Counted from the stretch's first letter, positions 17,567 through 27,362 are shown. The stretch is DNA of 64,000 nt from Pluralibacter sp. (GCF_019237635.1 NZ_JAFAGS010000020.1:2197-66196); one strand, 5' to 3'. Program-made: numbers and translations. Notes: generated from the sequence alone by a model not told the origin.

Positions 17567-18940
17567 TTAGCGGGCGGCGCGTTGCAGGATCTGTGTCGAC
17601 GGCTGACGTTGCAGAAAGCGCATGCGCAGCATCATCAGGATAGCGGCCGACGTCAGACCGATAATAAAGCCCATCCAGAACCCGGCAGGACCCATCCGCG
17701 GTACGACGATATCGGTCAGCGCCAGGATATAGCCGGCAGGCAGGCCCAACACCCAGTAAGCGATGAAGGTAATAAAGAAAATAGAACGCGTATCTTTATA
17801 CCCACGCAGAATACCGCTACCGATAACCTGGATGGAGTCGGAAATCTGGTAAATCGCCGCCAGCAGCATTAGCTGCGCGGCCAGGGTGATGACTTCCGGA
17901 CTATCGTTGTACAGCAGAGCGATATGCTCGCGCAGCGTGACGGTGAAAATCGCCGTCATGACCGCCATACACACTCCCACGCCGAGCCCGGTCCACGCCG
18001 CGGTCTGCGCATCAAGCGTCGAACCCTGGCCGAGACGGTAGCCCACACGGATAGTCACGGCGGCGGCAAGCGACATCGGCACAACGAACATCAGCGAGCT
18101 GAAGTTAAGCGCGATCTGGTGACCGGCGACGTCGACAATCCCCAGCGGTGAGACGAGCAGCGCCACCACGGCGAACAGCGTAACCTCAAAAAACAGCGCC
18201 AGCGCGATCGGCAAACCAAGCTGGATCAGGCGTTTGAGCACCGTAAAATCGGGTTTGGCCGTCGGCGCGTCGCTGCGGATATCGCGCATCGAACGGGCGC
18301 GCTTCACGTACGACAGCATGGCGATAAACATCACCCAATAAACCGACGCTGTTGCCACGCCACACCCGACGCCGCCCAGTTCCGGCATGCCGAAATGGCC
18401 GTAAATAAAGATGTAGTTGACAGGAATGTTGACCAGCAGGCCGAGAAAGCCCATCACCATCCCCGGTTTGGTTTTTGCGAGCCCTTCACACTGGTTACGA
18501 ACGACCTGAAAGCACAGGTACCCGGGCGCGCCCCACATCAGCGCGCGCAGATAGCCGACGGCTTTATCCGCAAGCTGCGGGTCAATATTGTTCATCGCGC
18601 GGATGATATGTCCTGCATTCCACAGCACGACCATAATCAGCACAGAAACTGCGCCAGCTAGCCAGAACCCCTGGCGTATCTGGTGGGCGATACGGTCGCG
18701 TCGCCCTGAACCATTCAGTTGCGCAACGACCGGCGTCAGCGCCAGCAGCAGCCCGTGGCCGAACAGAATGGCCGGAAGCCAGATGGAGGTGCCGATGGCG
18801 ACTGCCGCCATATCGGTAGCGCTGTAGCCACCGGCCATGACGGTATCGACAAACCCCATTGCGGTTTGGGCGACCTGCGCAAAGATCACCGGAATTGCCA
18901 GTGCGAGCAACTGGCGCGCTTCAATGACGTACTTCTGCAC
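17567..18940 (-). CDS. mdtK: MATE-family multidrug efflux pump MdtK/NorM (457 aa)
   Basis: A GTG start at 18940 gives (M)[37 protein letters not shown], which matches the recalled E. coli MdtK N-terminus and its 457-aa length. The ORF-track start at 19033 is an upstream extension. Confidence 0.9.
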   Translation of the reverse strand: MQKYVIEARQLLALAIPVIFAQVAQTAMGFVDTVMAGGYSATDMAAVAIGTSIWLPAILFGHGLLLALTPVVAQLNGSGRRDRIAHQIRQGFWLAGAVSVLIMVVLWNAGHIIRAMNNIDPQLADKAVGYLRALMWGAPGYLCFQVVRNQCEGLAKTKPGMVMGFLGLLVNIPVNYIFIYGHFGMPELGGVGCGVATASVYWVMFIAMLSYVKRARSMRDIRSDAPTAKPDFTVLKRLIQLGLPIALALFFEVTLFAVVALLVSPLGIVDVAGHQIALNFSSLMFVVPMSLAAAVTIRVGYRLGQGSTLDAQTAAWTGLGVGVCMAVMTAIFTVTLREHIALLYNDSPEVITLAAQLMLLAAIYQISDSIQVIGSGILRGYKDTRSIFFITFIAYWVLGLPAGYILALTDIVVPRMGPAGFWMGFIIGLTSAAILMMLRMRFLQRQPSTQILQRAAR

Positions 18941-19175
18941 GTGAACACCTACTGTATTGTTGTTATTGGAGAGACTACAAAAAGCCGCCGTTACTGGCAG
19001 CAAGAAGAAGAACAGGGGAAATTTCGAGTACATTGTAGCGAGGTTTTACTATTTAACCAGTCAAAAAAATAACCACGGACATCGGTTGGCTGGCAACCCA
19101 CGGTGTCACCTGTTATTGTGCGGGGTATCTGAAGCGGTAATGCTATCGCGGTCGTAGCCTACAGGAGTTAAGTGT

Positions 19176-19829
19176 ATGTTTACTGGAATCGTTCAGGGCG
19201 TGGCGAAAGTTGTGTCCATTGATGAGAAACCCAATTTCCGTACCCATGTTGTGGAATTGCCTGAGGACATGCTGGATGGAATCGAAACGGGGGCATCGGT
19301 GGCGCACAACGGCTGTTGCCTGACGGTGACGGAGATTAAGGGTAACCGCATCAGTTTTGATCTGATGAAGGAGACGCTGCGGATTACCAATCTTGGCGAT
19401 CTGGCCGAGGGCGACGTCGTGAACGTTGAGCGCGCGGCGCGGTTCAGCGATGAAATTGGCGGTCATCTGATGTCCGGTCATATCATGACGACGGCGGAAG
19501 TGTCGAAAATCCTGACTTCGGAAAACAACCGCCAGATCTGGTTCAAAGTCCAGGACCCGACGCTGATGAAGTACATTCTCTATAAAGGTTTTATCGGTGT
19601 GGACGGTATCAGTCTGACCGTCGGCGAAGTGACGCCAACCCGCTTCTGCGTGCATCTTATCCCTGAGACCTTACAGCGCACCACGCTTGGCAAGAAAAAG
19701 CTGGGTGAAAAGGTGAACATCGAGATCGATCCACAGACCCAGGCCGTTGTCGATACGGTGGAACGCGTGCTGGCGGCAAAAGAAGCGGCAGCCGCACAGC
19801 GTAGTAACACCGACGACTCACCGCGCTAA
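19176..19829 (+). CDS. ribC: Riboflavin synthase alpha chain (217 aa)
   Basis: [27 protein letters not shown]... is near-identical to recalled E. coli RibC (RibE). Confidence 0.95.
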   Translation: MFTGIVQGVAKVVSIDEKPNFRTHVVELPEDMLDGIETGASVAHNGCCLTVTEIKGNRISFDLMKETLRITNLGDLAEGDVVNVERAARFSDEIGGHLMSGHIMTTAEVSKILTSENNRQIWFKVQDPTLMKYILYKGFIGVDGISLTVGEVTPTRFCVHLIPETLQRTTLGKKKLGEKVNIEIDPQTQAVVDTVERVLAAKEAAAAQRSNTDDSPR

Positions 19830-19844
19830 CATAAGAAGAGAAGA

Positions 19845-19869
19845 AACCCCGGCGAACCGGGGTTTTTTT
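19845..19869. terminator. Bidirectional rho-independent terminator (ribC / cfa)
   Basis: Stem AACCCCGG-cgaa-CCGGGGTT is followed by T7. It overlaps the cfa stop codon at 19868-19870. Confidence 0.8.
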
Positions 19870-21016
19870 ATCGCGCGACGCGCAGGCCGCCGTCCGCGCC
19901 GCGGGAGAAGACCACCTGCCAGAGCTGAATGTCGCGAGCGCGGAACGCGCCAGCGCAGGCATTCAGGTAATAGGTGAACATACGCTTGAAGCGTTCGGAG
20001 TAGTTATCAGCTATCTCCGGCCAGCTCGCGAGGAAACGGGTGTGCCAGGCCATGAGCGTGGTATCGTAATCGGCGCCGAAGTTATGCCAGTCTTCCATCA
20101 CAAAGTGCGGTTCGCTGGCATTGGCGATTTGCCGTACTGACGGCAGGCAGCCGTTCGGGAAAATGTACTTATCGATCCACGGGTCGACGTTGTTGTCGGT
20201 CTTTTTCGAGCCAATGGTGTGCAGCAGGAAAAGCCCGTCAGGCTTCAGATTACGGTCAACGACCTTGAAATAGGTGGCGTAATTTTTCGGTCCAACGTGC
20301 TCGAACATCCCGACGGATACCACGCGGTCAAACTGATCGTTCAGGTCGCGGTAATCCTGTAGCATAATGTTGACATCCAGACCTTCACAGCGCGCCTGCG
20401 CCAGCTTTTGTTGTTCGGCCGAAATGGTGACGCCGACAACGCTGACGTTGTAATTTTTCGCCATGTAATGCGCGAGGCCACCCCAACCACAGCCAATATC
20501 CAGCACGCGCATGCCGGGTTGAAGCTGCAGTTTCTGACAAATCAGGTCCAGTTTAGCCTCCTGTGCCTGCTCAAGGCTTGCGGCATCTTTCCAGTAGGCA
20601 CAGGAATACTGCATGAACGGGTCGAGCATGCGGCTGAACAGATCGTTACCGAGATCGTAATGTTCTTTGCCGACAATCCAGGCGCGTTTTTTACTTTGCA
20701 GATTGATCAGTCGGGCGCTGGCGATACGCAGCGTGTCTTTGAAATGGCGGGGGAGTTGGTTTTCGAGCCCGGCGCGTAACACCTTATTAAAAAAGATGTC
20801 GAGCCGGTCGCATTCCCACCAGCCATCCATGTAGCTTTCGCCTAATCCCAGCGAACCTTCCTGCAGTACGCGTTTAAAAAATCCGGGATGAGTGACTTTG
20901 ATATCAGAGGGCGCAGCCCCATTAATGCCGATCCCTGCACGGTTTAGCAGTTCGCTGGCAATGCGAAACCAATCATCATTTGGCACGCTTACTTCTTCTA
21001 TACACGATGTGCTCAT
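19868..21016 (-). CDS. cfa: Cyclopropane-fatty-acyl-phospholipid synthase (382 aa)
   Basis: Same length as recalled E. coli Cfa, with a near-identical sequence (MS.SCIEEVSVP...GCGWGGLAHYMA...). Confidence 0.95.
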   Translation of the reverse strand: MSTSCIEEVSVPNDDWFRIASELLNRAGIGINGAAPSDIKVTHPGFFKRVLQEGSLGLGESYMDGWWECDRLDIFFNKVLRAGLENQLPRHFKDTLRIASARLINLQSKKRAWIVGKEHYDLGNDLFSRMLDPFMQYSCAYWKDAASLEQAQEAKLDLICQKLQLQPGMRVLDIGCGWGGLAHYMAKNYNVSVVGVTISAEQQKLAQARCEGLDVNIMLQDYRDLNDQFDRVVSVGMFEHVGPKNYATYFKVVDRNLKPDGLFLLHTIGSKKTDNNVDPWIDKYIFPNGCLPSVRQIANASEPHFVMEDWHNFGADYDTTLMAWHTRFLASWPEIADNYSERFKRMFTYYLNACAGAFRARDIQLWQVVFSRGADGGLRVAR

Positions 21017-21114
21017 AGCTTCTCCATCACGGGGCTTGTGATCAGAACCTTAAAACAGCGTAGACGCTTTTTGGGTTATGTGAGAACTCTCACGGTAAGA
21101 CCGTGAGATGACTA

Positions 21115-21125
21115 TCCGACGTAGA
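21115..21125 (-). promoter_or_regulatory. Probable RydC sRNA pairing site in the long cfa 5' UTR
   Basis: The mRNA-sense sequence TCTACGTCGGA lies at -109 to -99 from the cfa ATG. It is complementary, with one G-U pair, to the recalled RydC 5' end (CUUCCGAUGUAGA) and sits at the position reported for E. coli and Salmonella. Confidence 0.55.
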
Positions 21126-21244
21126 ACAGCGTAGAACAGAGGAAGGGAGATAACCCTTGCCGAAAGGCCTTCCGTGGTGAAACGGGAGCAATCCTTACTC
21201 CCGTAAATATCGAAAATTAAGCGTATTTATGTGATACGTGACTC

Positions 21245-21273
21245 AGTATAGGCTGCAAAAATCTGTGTTTCAA
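21245..21273 (-). promoter_or_regulatory. Putative distal sigma70 promoter of cfa
   Basis: On the minus strand, TTGAAA (21273-21268), a 17-nt spacer and TATACT (21250-21245) predict a 5' UTR of about 220 nt. This compares with about 212 nt known in E. coli. Confidence 0.55.
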
Positions 21274-21283
21274 TAAAAACATC

Positions 21284-21295
21284 TTAGCAAGCTAA
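21284..21295. promoter_or_regulatory. Perfect SlyA consensus palindrome TTAGCAAGCTAA
   Basis: Exact 12-bp match to the published SlyA consensus and identical to the site in front of slyA at 34980-34991. It lies 11 bp upstream of the putative cfa -35 element. Confidence 0.6.
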
Positions 21296-21326
21296 TGACT
21301 TGTCTATTACATAATCGCTGCGGGGA

Positions 21327-22520
21327 TTATGCCTGATGCGATTTCGCCGCCCGCAGTCCCTCATGTTGCCCGGCAGAGTGCTGCATCCAGTATCCCCAGC
21401 CTGCCAGCAGTACTGTAGCCAGCATGACGCTCGTGGTGGTGAGCAACGGGGTCGCGATCAGCGCCGATACCACCAGGCTTGCCACGAAGCACAGGCCCAG
21501 CTGTAGCGTGTTCTGCAACGCCGCCGCGCGGCCGGTGGCCTGCGGGAAGGGACGCAGTGCCTGCGCCACCACAATCGGGTAAATCGCGCCGTTCGCCACC
21601 GCCATCAGGCAGAATGGGATAAGGATAGTCGTCAGCGAATGACCGTCCGCCAGACCGACGGCAAAGGTCGCTGCGACGCTGACCGCAAAGGCGCCCAGCA
21701 GCCACGGCAGCATCTGCTGTCCCTGCCATTTTTGCAACGCAGCGCGGCAGCCGTAACCGCCAATCAGAAACGCGATCGTCTGCGGCACATAGCTCAGGCC
21801 GATCACGGTTGGGCCATACCCCATTTCATTAAGAATAAACGGCGAGCCGGTCAGCCAGGCGAAGAAGCTGGCGGAGCAGGCGGCGTAGATCAGTACGTTG
21901 CCGCGATAATCACGCGAACGCAGTAGCGTCATGAACGTGAGGCGGGCTTCCGTTTTTTCCCGCTTGTTCACCGGCGGCTTCAGGCGTAACGCCGGGATCA
22001 TCAGCAGCAAGGTGATGGCGAACAGCGTGGCGAAAATCGCCTGCCAGTCGAAGTGGCGCAGCAGCCAGCTGCCGAGCAGCGGCGCCAGCGCCGGTGACAA
22101 TCCGACCAGCGGCATGATGGTGGCAAAAATACGATTGGTGCGATGTGCCGGGTAGTAGTCCGTGACCATCGCCTGCCAGGTCACCGCCGCCGCGCAGACG
22201 CCGACGGCCTGAATAAAGCGCAGCGCCAGCAGGGCGGCCGCGTTGTGTACCCACAGCATCCCCAGCGTACCCAGCGCGAAAATCCCCAGGCCAATCAGCA
22301 CAATCGGCTTACGGCCATAGCGGTCAGATAGCGGCCCCCAGAACAATTGCGCAAAGGCAAACCCCGCCAGAAACAGGCTCAGGCTTGCGCTCACAGCGGC
22401 GGCAGATGTGTTCAGATCCGCCTGGATGGCGGCAAACGCCGGGAGATACATGTCAGTGGCTAAAAAACCCAGCACGCTTAAGCCTGCCAGCCAGCATAAA
22501 AATCCTTTACCAGGTTGCAT
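21327..22520 (-). CDS. ydhC: MFS transporter YdhC (PunC) (397 aa)
   Basis: [36 protein letters not shown]... matches recalled E. coli YdhC, which starts MQPGKRF. An in-frame ATG two codons upstream (22526) is also possible. Confidence 0.9.
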   Translation of the reverse strand: MQPGKGFLCWLAGLSVLGFLATDMYLPAFAAIQADLNTSAAAVSASLSLFLAGFAFAQLFWGPLSDRYGRKPIVLIGLGIFALGTLGMLWVHNAAALLALRFIQAVGVCAAAVTWQAMVTDYYPAHRTNRIFATIMPLVGLSPALAPLLGSWLLRHFDWQAIFATLFAITLLLMIPALRLKPPVNKREKTEARLTFMTLLRSRDYRGNVLIYAACSASFFAWLTGSPFILNEMGYGPTVIGLSYVPQTIAFLIGGYGCRAALQKWQGQQMLPWLLGAFAVSVAATFAVGLADGHSLTTILIPFCLMAVANGAIYPIVVAQALRPFPQATGRAAALQNTLQLGLCFVASLVVSALIATPLLTTTSVMLATVLLAGWGYWMQHSAGQHEGLRAAKSHQA

Positions 22521-22639
22521 CGTCATTTCTCATTCTCATTGCAGGTGTTCAGTTCAGAGTCGCAGAGTGTAGGGAGTGCATCCTGGCTTGTGAAACGGTA
22601 ATATTTGTTGAATGGGTTCAAAAATTTTGCAGGCACAGT

Positions 22640-23551
22640 ATGTGGTCAGAATATTCGCTTGAAGTGGTTGATGCCGTCGCTCGTAATGGCAGCTTCAGCG
22701 CCGCCGCCCAGGAGCTGCACCGGGTACCCTCCGCGGTGAGCTACACGGTGAGGCAACTGGAGGAGTGGCTGGCGGTGCCGTTGTTTGAACGTCGGCATCG
22801 TGACGTCGAACTGACGCCCGCAGGGGCATGGTTTTTAAAAGAAGGGCGCTCTGTTATCAAAAAAATGCAGATCACCCGTCAGCAATGCCAGCAGATAGCC
22901 AACGGCTGGCGCGGCCAGTTGGCTATCGCCGTCGATAATATTGTCCGCCCGGAGCGTACCCGGCAGATGATTGTCGATTTCTATCGCCATTTTAACGACG
23001 TTGAGCTTATCGTCTCCCAGGAGGTCTTTAACGGCGTCTGGGATGCGCTGTCGGATGGCCGCGTCGAGCTGGCGATTGGGGCGACAAAAGCCATTCCGGT
23101 CGGGGGGCGCTATGCGTTTCGCGATATGGGGATGCTGAGCTGGGACTGCGTGGTATCCAGCCATCATCCGCTGGCGGGCATGCCGGGGCTGCTTAGCGAC
23201 GATGTGTTGCGCAACTGGCCGTCGCTGGTGCGGGAAGATACCTCCCGCTCGTTGCCCAAACGCATCACCTGGCTTCTTGATAACCAGAAACGCGTCGTGG
23301 TGCCGGATTGGGAATCTTCCGCCACCTGTATTTCCGCCGGGCTATGTGTCGGCATGGTGCCATCGCATTTCGCGCGGCCGTGGCTGGTGAGCGGCGAGTG
23401 GGTCGCGCTGGCGCTGGAAAACCCGTTCCCGGATGCGGCATGCTGCCTGACCTGGCAGCAAAACGACATGTCGCCGGCATTGACCTGGTTGCTGGATTAT
23501 CTGGGCGATAGCGAAACGCTGAACAGAGAGTGGTTACGGGAGCCGGAATAA
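22640..23551 (+). CDS. ydhB: LysR-family regulator YdhB (PunR) (303 aa)
   Basis: ATG at 22640 gives MWSEYSLEVVDAVARNGSFSAAAQELHRVPSAVSYTVRQLEEWL, identical to the recalled E. coli YdhB N-terminus. The ORF-track start at 22385 overlaps ydhC and I rejected it. Confidence 0.9.
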   Translation: MWSEYSLEVVDAVARNGSFSAAAQELHRVPSAVSYTVRQLEEWLAVPLFERRHRDVELTPAGAWFLKEGRSVIKKMQITRQQCQQIANGWRGQLAIAVDNIVRPERTRQMIVDFYRHFNDVELIVSQEVFNGVWDALSDGRVELAIGATKAIPVGGRYAFRDMGMLSWDCVVSSHHPLAGMPGLLSDDVLRNWPSLVREDTSRSLPKRITWLLDNQKRVVVPDWESSATCISAGLCVGMVPSHFARPWLVSGEWVALALENPFPDAACCLTWQQNDMSPALTWLLDYLGDSETLNREWLREPE

Positions 23552-23567
23552 CCGGCTCCTGGGGAGA

Positions 23568-24593
23568 TTAACGGCGATAATCGCGGAATGGGCCGTCCGC
23601 CACCGAGCGGCGCTCGATAAGACGCGGATGTACCTCGATGGACTGCGACTCCTCACGTTTGTTGACGATTCTGTCGAGCAGCATATTAAACGCCGCTTCG
23701 CCCAGCGAGTCTTTCGGCTGGTGAATAGTGGTCAGCGCGGGAGTAAAGAAACGGGCGTTGCGCACGTTGTCGTAACCGATGACGGAAATATCCTGCGGTA
23801 CGCGCAGACCCATTTCGTCAGCTGCGCAAAGCGCGCCCATCGCCATAATGTCGCCGCCGCAGAACACAGCGGTAGGGCGGTGCGCCTGGCCGATAATCTG
23901 CTGCATCGCACGGTAACCGGACTCCGGCTCGAAATCGCCCTGACCGATCCACTCTTCCGGCACCTTGATCTGCGCTTCTTCCATCGCTTTCATAAAGCCC
24001 GCAAGACGCCCGGCGCCGGTGTTGCGCTCCAGTGGACCTGGGATCACGCCGATTTCGCGATGGCCGCGTTCAATCAGGTAGCGACCTGCCAGATAGCCGC
24101 CCTGGAAGGCGTTATCAATTACGGAGTCAGTGAAATCTGCTTTCGCTTCGCCCCAGTCCATCACCACCATCGGAATATGGCGATACTCTTCGAGCATATC
24201 GAGCACCGGTTGTGGATACTCAGAGCACATGACCAGCAGGCCGTCGACGCGTTTTTGCGCCATCATGGACAGATAAGCGCGCTGCTTTTCCAGGTTGTTC
24301 CAGGCGTTGCCGAGGATCAGGGTATAACCTTTCTGGAAGCAGCTTTTCTCAACGGCTTCAATAATTTCAGCAAAGTAGGCCGCTTCGCTGCTGGTGGCCA
24401 GCAGACCAATAGATTTGGTGTGGTTAACCTTCAGACTACGCGCAACGGCGCTGGGGGAGTAGTGCAGCTCTTTGATTGCCGCCCATACCGCATTGCGAGT
24501 CTCTTCCGCCACAAAACGGGTTTTGTTAATTACATGTGAAACAGTTGTAGTGGAAACGTTTGCGCGTTTCGCGACATCTTTAATTGTTGCCAT
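23568..24593 (-). CDS. purR: Purine repressor PurR (341 aa)
   Basis: More than 90% identical by eye to recalled E. coli PurR ([65 protein letters not shown]...). Confidence 0.97.
   Translation of the reverse strand: MATIKDVAKRANVSTTTVSHVINKTRFVAEETRNAVWAAIKELHYSPSAVARSLKVNHTKSIGLLATSSEAAYFAEIIEAVEKSCFQKGYTLILGNAWNNLEKQRAYLSMMAQKRVDGLLVMCSEYPQPVLDMLEEYRHIPMVVMDWGEAKADFTDSVIDNAFQGGYLAGRYLIERGHREIGVIPGPLERNTGAGRLAGFMKAMEEAQIKVPEEWIGQGDFEPESGYRAMQQIIGQAHRPTAVFCGGDIMAMGALCAADEMGLRVPQDISVIGYDNVRNARFFTPALTTIHQPKDSLGEAAFNMLLDRIVNKREESQSIEVHPRLIERRSVADGPFRDYRR
24550..24565 (-). promoter_or_regulatory. PUR box inside the purR coding region (autoregulatory operator O2-like)
   Basis: The minus-strand sequence GCGCAAACGTTTCCAC matches the PurR operator core CGCAAACGTTT. 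An intragenic operator is known for E. coli purR. Confidence 0.6.
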
Positions 24594-24635
24594 TCGATCT
24601 CACTCCAGACCCTTACCTTACGCCTGATCATCGAC

Positions 24636-24651
24636 ACGTAATCGTTTGCCT
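24636..24651 (-). promoter_or_regulatory. PUR box in the purR leader (operator O1-like)
   Basis: The minus-strand sequence AGGCAAACGATTACGT lies 43-58 nt upstream of the purR ATG and has one good GCAAACG half-site. Confidence 0.5.
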
Positions 24652-24887
24652 TTACACACCCTGCACACAACATTTTCAGGTTGCGGTACGCCGGGGAAAC
24701 GACTCAGAACGACGGGAGGGGGTCAATGGCCGGTACGCTTTCAAATTAGCGTGGAATTTTGTCTGATTCTGAGACAAAGGGGAAGAGAAATATCGCTATC
24801 AGCTTAAATCCAGGAAGATTTTTGTGTGTAACTGTGCAAAAATGATCAGGCTCACTTTTGGTGTGGGGATTATAAGGAGAAAAATTG

Positions 24888-24977
24888 ATGAGTACCGACC
24901 TGAAGTTCTCGCTGGTTACGACCATTATTGTTCTGGGGCTTATTGTTGCGACCGGTCTGACGGCGGCCCTGCATTGA
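24888..24977 (+). CDS. ynhF: Small membrane protein YnhF/CydH (29 aa)
   Basis: RBS aggaga lies 7 nt upstream. MSTDLKFSLVTTIIVLGLIVATGLTAALH differs by one residue from recalled E. coli YnhF. It is too short for the ORF track. Confidence 0.85.
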   Translation: MSTDLKFSLVTTIIVLGLIVATGLTAALH

Positions 24978-25109
24978 TTAACGGTGGGGGAGAGTCCTCT
25001 CCCTCATTATTTTGCTCATTTTTTCCTCTGCTTGCGCAACAAGAAATCTGACTCCTCAGTCAGTAAACTTCGTGAATCTGCCCGGCAGCAAGGCTACCGG
25101 GCACAGAAA

Positions 25110-25691
25110 TTACGCCGCCAGGTTCTTCGCGACAAATTCCCAGTTTACCAGCGCCCAGAAGTGCTCAAGGTAGTTCGGACGGGCGTTACGGTAGTCAATG
25201 TAGTAAGCGTGTTCCCACACATCAACAGTCAGCAACGGTTTGGCATCGGTCGTCAGCGGAGTGCCCGCGTTAGACGTGGATACGATAGCCAGTTTGCCGT
25301 CAGCGCCTTTTACCAGCCAGGTCCAGCCGGAACCGAAGTTCTTGATAGCGGCGTCGGTAAATTTCGCTTTGAACTCAGCAAAGCTGCCGAACGCGGCGTT
25401 GATCGCGGCGGCAACTTCACCGGTCGGTTCGCCGCCTGCGTTTGGCGCCAGGCAGTGCCAGTAGAAGGTGTGGTTCCAGACCTGCGCGGCGTTGTTGAAG
25501 ACGCCGCCCTCGGAAGTGCGAACGATCTCTTCCAGGGTTTTACCTTCAAACGCGGTGCCTTTTACCAGGTTGTTCAGGTTGGTGACGTAGGTCTGGTGAT
25601 GCTTACCGTAATGATATTCCAGCGTTTCTGCGGAAATATGCGGTGCCAGTGCGTCTTTTGCATACGGTAATGCAGGTAATTCAAATGACAT
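25110..25691 (-). CDS. sodB: Fe-superoxide dismutase (193 aa)
   Basis: [42 protein letters not shown]... is near-identical to recalled E. coli SodB. Confidence 0.97.
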   Translation of the reverse strand: MSFELPALPYAKDALAPHISAETLEYHYGKHHQTYVTNLNNLVKGTAFEGKTLEEIVRTSEGGVFNNAAQVWNHTFYWHCLAPNAGGEPTGEVAAAINAAFGSFAEFKAKFTDAAIKNFGSGWTWLVKGADGKLAIVSTSNAGTPLTTDAKPLLTVDVWEHAYYIDYRNARPNYLEHFWALVNWEFVAKNLAA

Positions 25692-25787
25692 TGCTTCACT
25701 CCTTTTTATTGTTAATAACCTTAATGAGGTTGTATCAAAAACCTTGTATTAAGTAGTGTTAGGGTAACAAATTAAAAGGAGTGGCAA

Positions 25788-25821
25788 AAGAAGAAGTTAC
25801 CCTGTCGTTAATACAACAGGG
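25788..25821 (-). terminator. Rho-independent terminator of mepH
   Basis: On the minus strand, stem CCCTGT-tgtattaacg-ACAGGG is followed by a T-rich tract (TAACTTCTTCTTTT), 7 nt after the mepH stop. Confidence 0.6.
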
Positions 25822-25827
25822 CAGGGA

Positions 25828-26631
25828 TCAGCGGATCGTTTTAGGCGTCATCACGCGGCGGGCGCCGACATAGTGGCGAACCCAGTAATCTTCACTGAGG
25901 GAGGTTATCTGGATATCCTGGCCGGAGCGCGGCGACTGGATAAATTTGCCGTTACCGACATAGACGCCAACGTGGTCAGCTGTACCGCGCCCACGGGTGC
26001 GGAAGAAGACCAGGTCGCCGCTTTCCAGTTCGCTACGGTCGATGGAGCGCGCGTCGCGCAGGTGGTACATTTCGTTCGCCGTACGTGGGATACGAAACTT
26101 CACCAGATCCTTATAGGCGTAATAAACCAGCCCGCTGCAGTCAAAACCGGTACGCGGAGACGTGCCGCCCCAGTGATACGGTTTACCTATCTGGTCCATC
26201 AATTTGTTCATCGCGGTTTTCTGCGCTTTCTGCACGCGACCCTTATGGGCTTCCGCCAGCGTCAATGGTTTCACTTCCTCGGTCACGCACTTCTTATGAC
26301 CTTTATGCACGGTGCATTTCTGCACCTTTTTTACGGCGGCGGTTTTCAGGGCGCTGCTGTGAGTGCGGGGAGACGCGGGCGTTTTGCTGGAGGAGGTTTT
26401 GAGCTTGCTGCTGCTGGCAGGGGCTTTTTGCTTCTGGGTGCTGGTTTTCTTTTTGGTGCTGGTTTTTGCGGTGGTTTTGGTTTTCTTTTTTCGGTCTGCG
26501 CTTTTGCCCTGGTGCGATTTTTGCGATGCAGACGAGCGCGCCTGCTCTGATGCATGCGACAATGGCGTAAAAGACAACGTTGTAAATAGTAAAGCACAGA
26601 GCGTGATCGAGATTTTATTTATCCGCGCCAC
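25828..26631 (-). CDS. mepH: Peptidoglycan DD-endopeptidase/LD-carboxypeptidase MepH (YdhO), NlpC/P60 family (267 aa)
   Basis: A GTG at 26631 with RBS agagga 8 nt upstream gives (M)ARINKISITLCALLFTTL, as in E. coli YdhO. The C-terminal NlpC/P60 domain is present (GKPYHWGGTSPRTGFDCSGLVYYAY...DHVGVYVGNGKFIQ). The upstream ATGs at 26667 and 26664 lack an RBS. Confidence 0.85.
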   Translation of the reverse strand: MARINKISITLCALLFTTLSFTPLSHASEQARSSASQKSHQGKSADRKKKTKTTAKTSTKKKTSTQKQKAPASSSKLKTSSSKTPASPRTHSSALKTAAVKKVQKCTVHKGHKKCVTEEVKPLTLAEAHKGRVQKAQKTAMNKLMDQIGKPYHWGGTSPRTGFDCSGLVYYAYKDLVKFRIPRTANEMYHLRDARSIDRSELESGDLVFFRTRGRGTADHVGVYVGNGKFIQSPRSGQDIQITSLSEDYWVRHYVGARRVMTPKTIR

Positions 26632-26973
26632 TGAGCAGTCCTCTGTAAAATTCAGGCAATACATCATGCCTGGGTATGATTGACAAAAACGCCATCGATT
26701 CTAATGCATAAAAACCTCGAAAGTTAATAGCCTTTTTGTATCTAAAATAATGTTTCGTAATCGACTGCAAAAAAATGCATCAGAATTAGCACGAACAGGT
26801 TAAAAAATGCGCATGTTTTTGGCGCGGCGGTCGATAAAGACACATTTTTAAGGCAACTTATGGCGGTGAAGGATAGAATGCATTTGAGTGAACAAAATGT
26901 TATTTTCCGTCAGTCGCCAGAGGCGTTACAATCACTGACCACTGCCGTAAAAGAAGTTTAAGGAAGCAAGACA

Positions 26974-27321
26974 ATGAGTACGACCCTTGAGAAAATTCAG
27001 CGCCAGATCGCTGAAAACCCCATCCTGCTGTACATGAAAGGTTCCCCGAAACTGCCGAGCTGCGGTTTTTCTGCTCAGGCGGTCCAGGCTCTGTCTGCCT
27101 GCGGCGAACGTTTTGCCTACGTTGATATTCTGCAAAATCCGGATATCCGCGCTGAACTGCCAAAATATGCGAACTGGCCGACCTTCCCACAGCTGTGGGT
27201 TGACGGCGAGCTGGTTGGCGGCTGCGACATCATTATTGAGATGTATCAGCGCGGCGAGCTGCAGCAGTTGATCAAAGAGACTGCGGCTAAGCATAAAGAC
27301 GATGCACCGGCCGCTGAATAA
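26974..27321 (+). CDS. grxD: Monothiol glutaredoxin Grx4 (115 aa)
   Basis: MSTT.EKIQRQIAENPILLYMKGSPKLPSCGFSAQAVQAL carries the CGFS motif and is near-identical to recalled E. coli GrxD. Confidence 0.95.
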   Translation: MSTTLEKIQRQIAENPILLYMKGSPKLPSCGFSAQAVQALSACGERFAYVDILQNPDIRAELPKYANWPTFPQLWVDGELVGGCDIIIEMYQRGELQQLIKETAAKHKDDAPAAE

Positions 27322-27333
27322 GCGACCAAACCC

Positions 27334-27362
27334 AAAAAAGCGACCCTGCGGTCGCTTTTTTT
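27334..27362. terminator. Bidirectional rho-independent terminator (grxD / rnt)
   Basis: The sequence is A6-GCGACC-ctgc-GGTCGC-T7. The T-tract overlaps the rnt stop codon. Confidence 0.8.

Noticed and set aside
19143-19655. 170-aa minus-strand ORF opposite ribC
   Set aside because: It is antisense to a near-identical RibC homologue.
23628-24539. 303-aa plus-strand ORF opposite purR
   Set aside because: It is antisense to PurR, which is over 90% identical to the E. coli protein.
25051-25109. Hairpin GCCCGG-N11-CCGGGC downstream of sodB, considered as a terminator
   Set aside because: No T-tract follows on the sodB strand. It may still be a REP-like or processing structure, but I cannot support a terminator call.
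24984-26550. 228-aa (24984-25670) and 225-aa (25873-26550) plus-strand ORFs opposite sodB and mepH
   Set aside because: These are antisense shadows of conserved genes with low-complexity translations.
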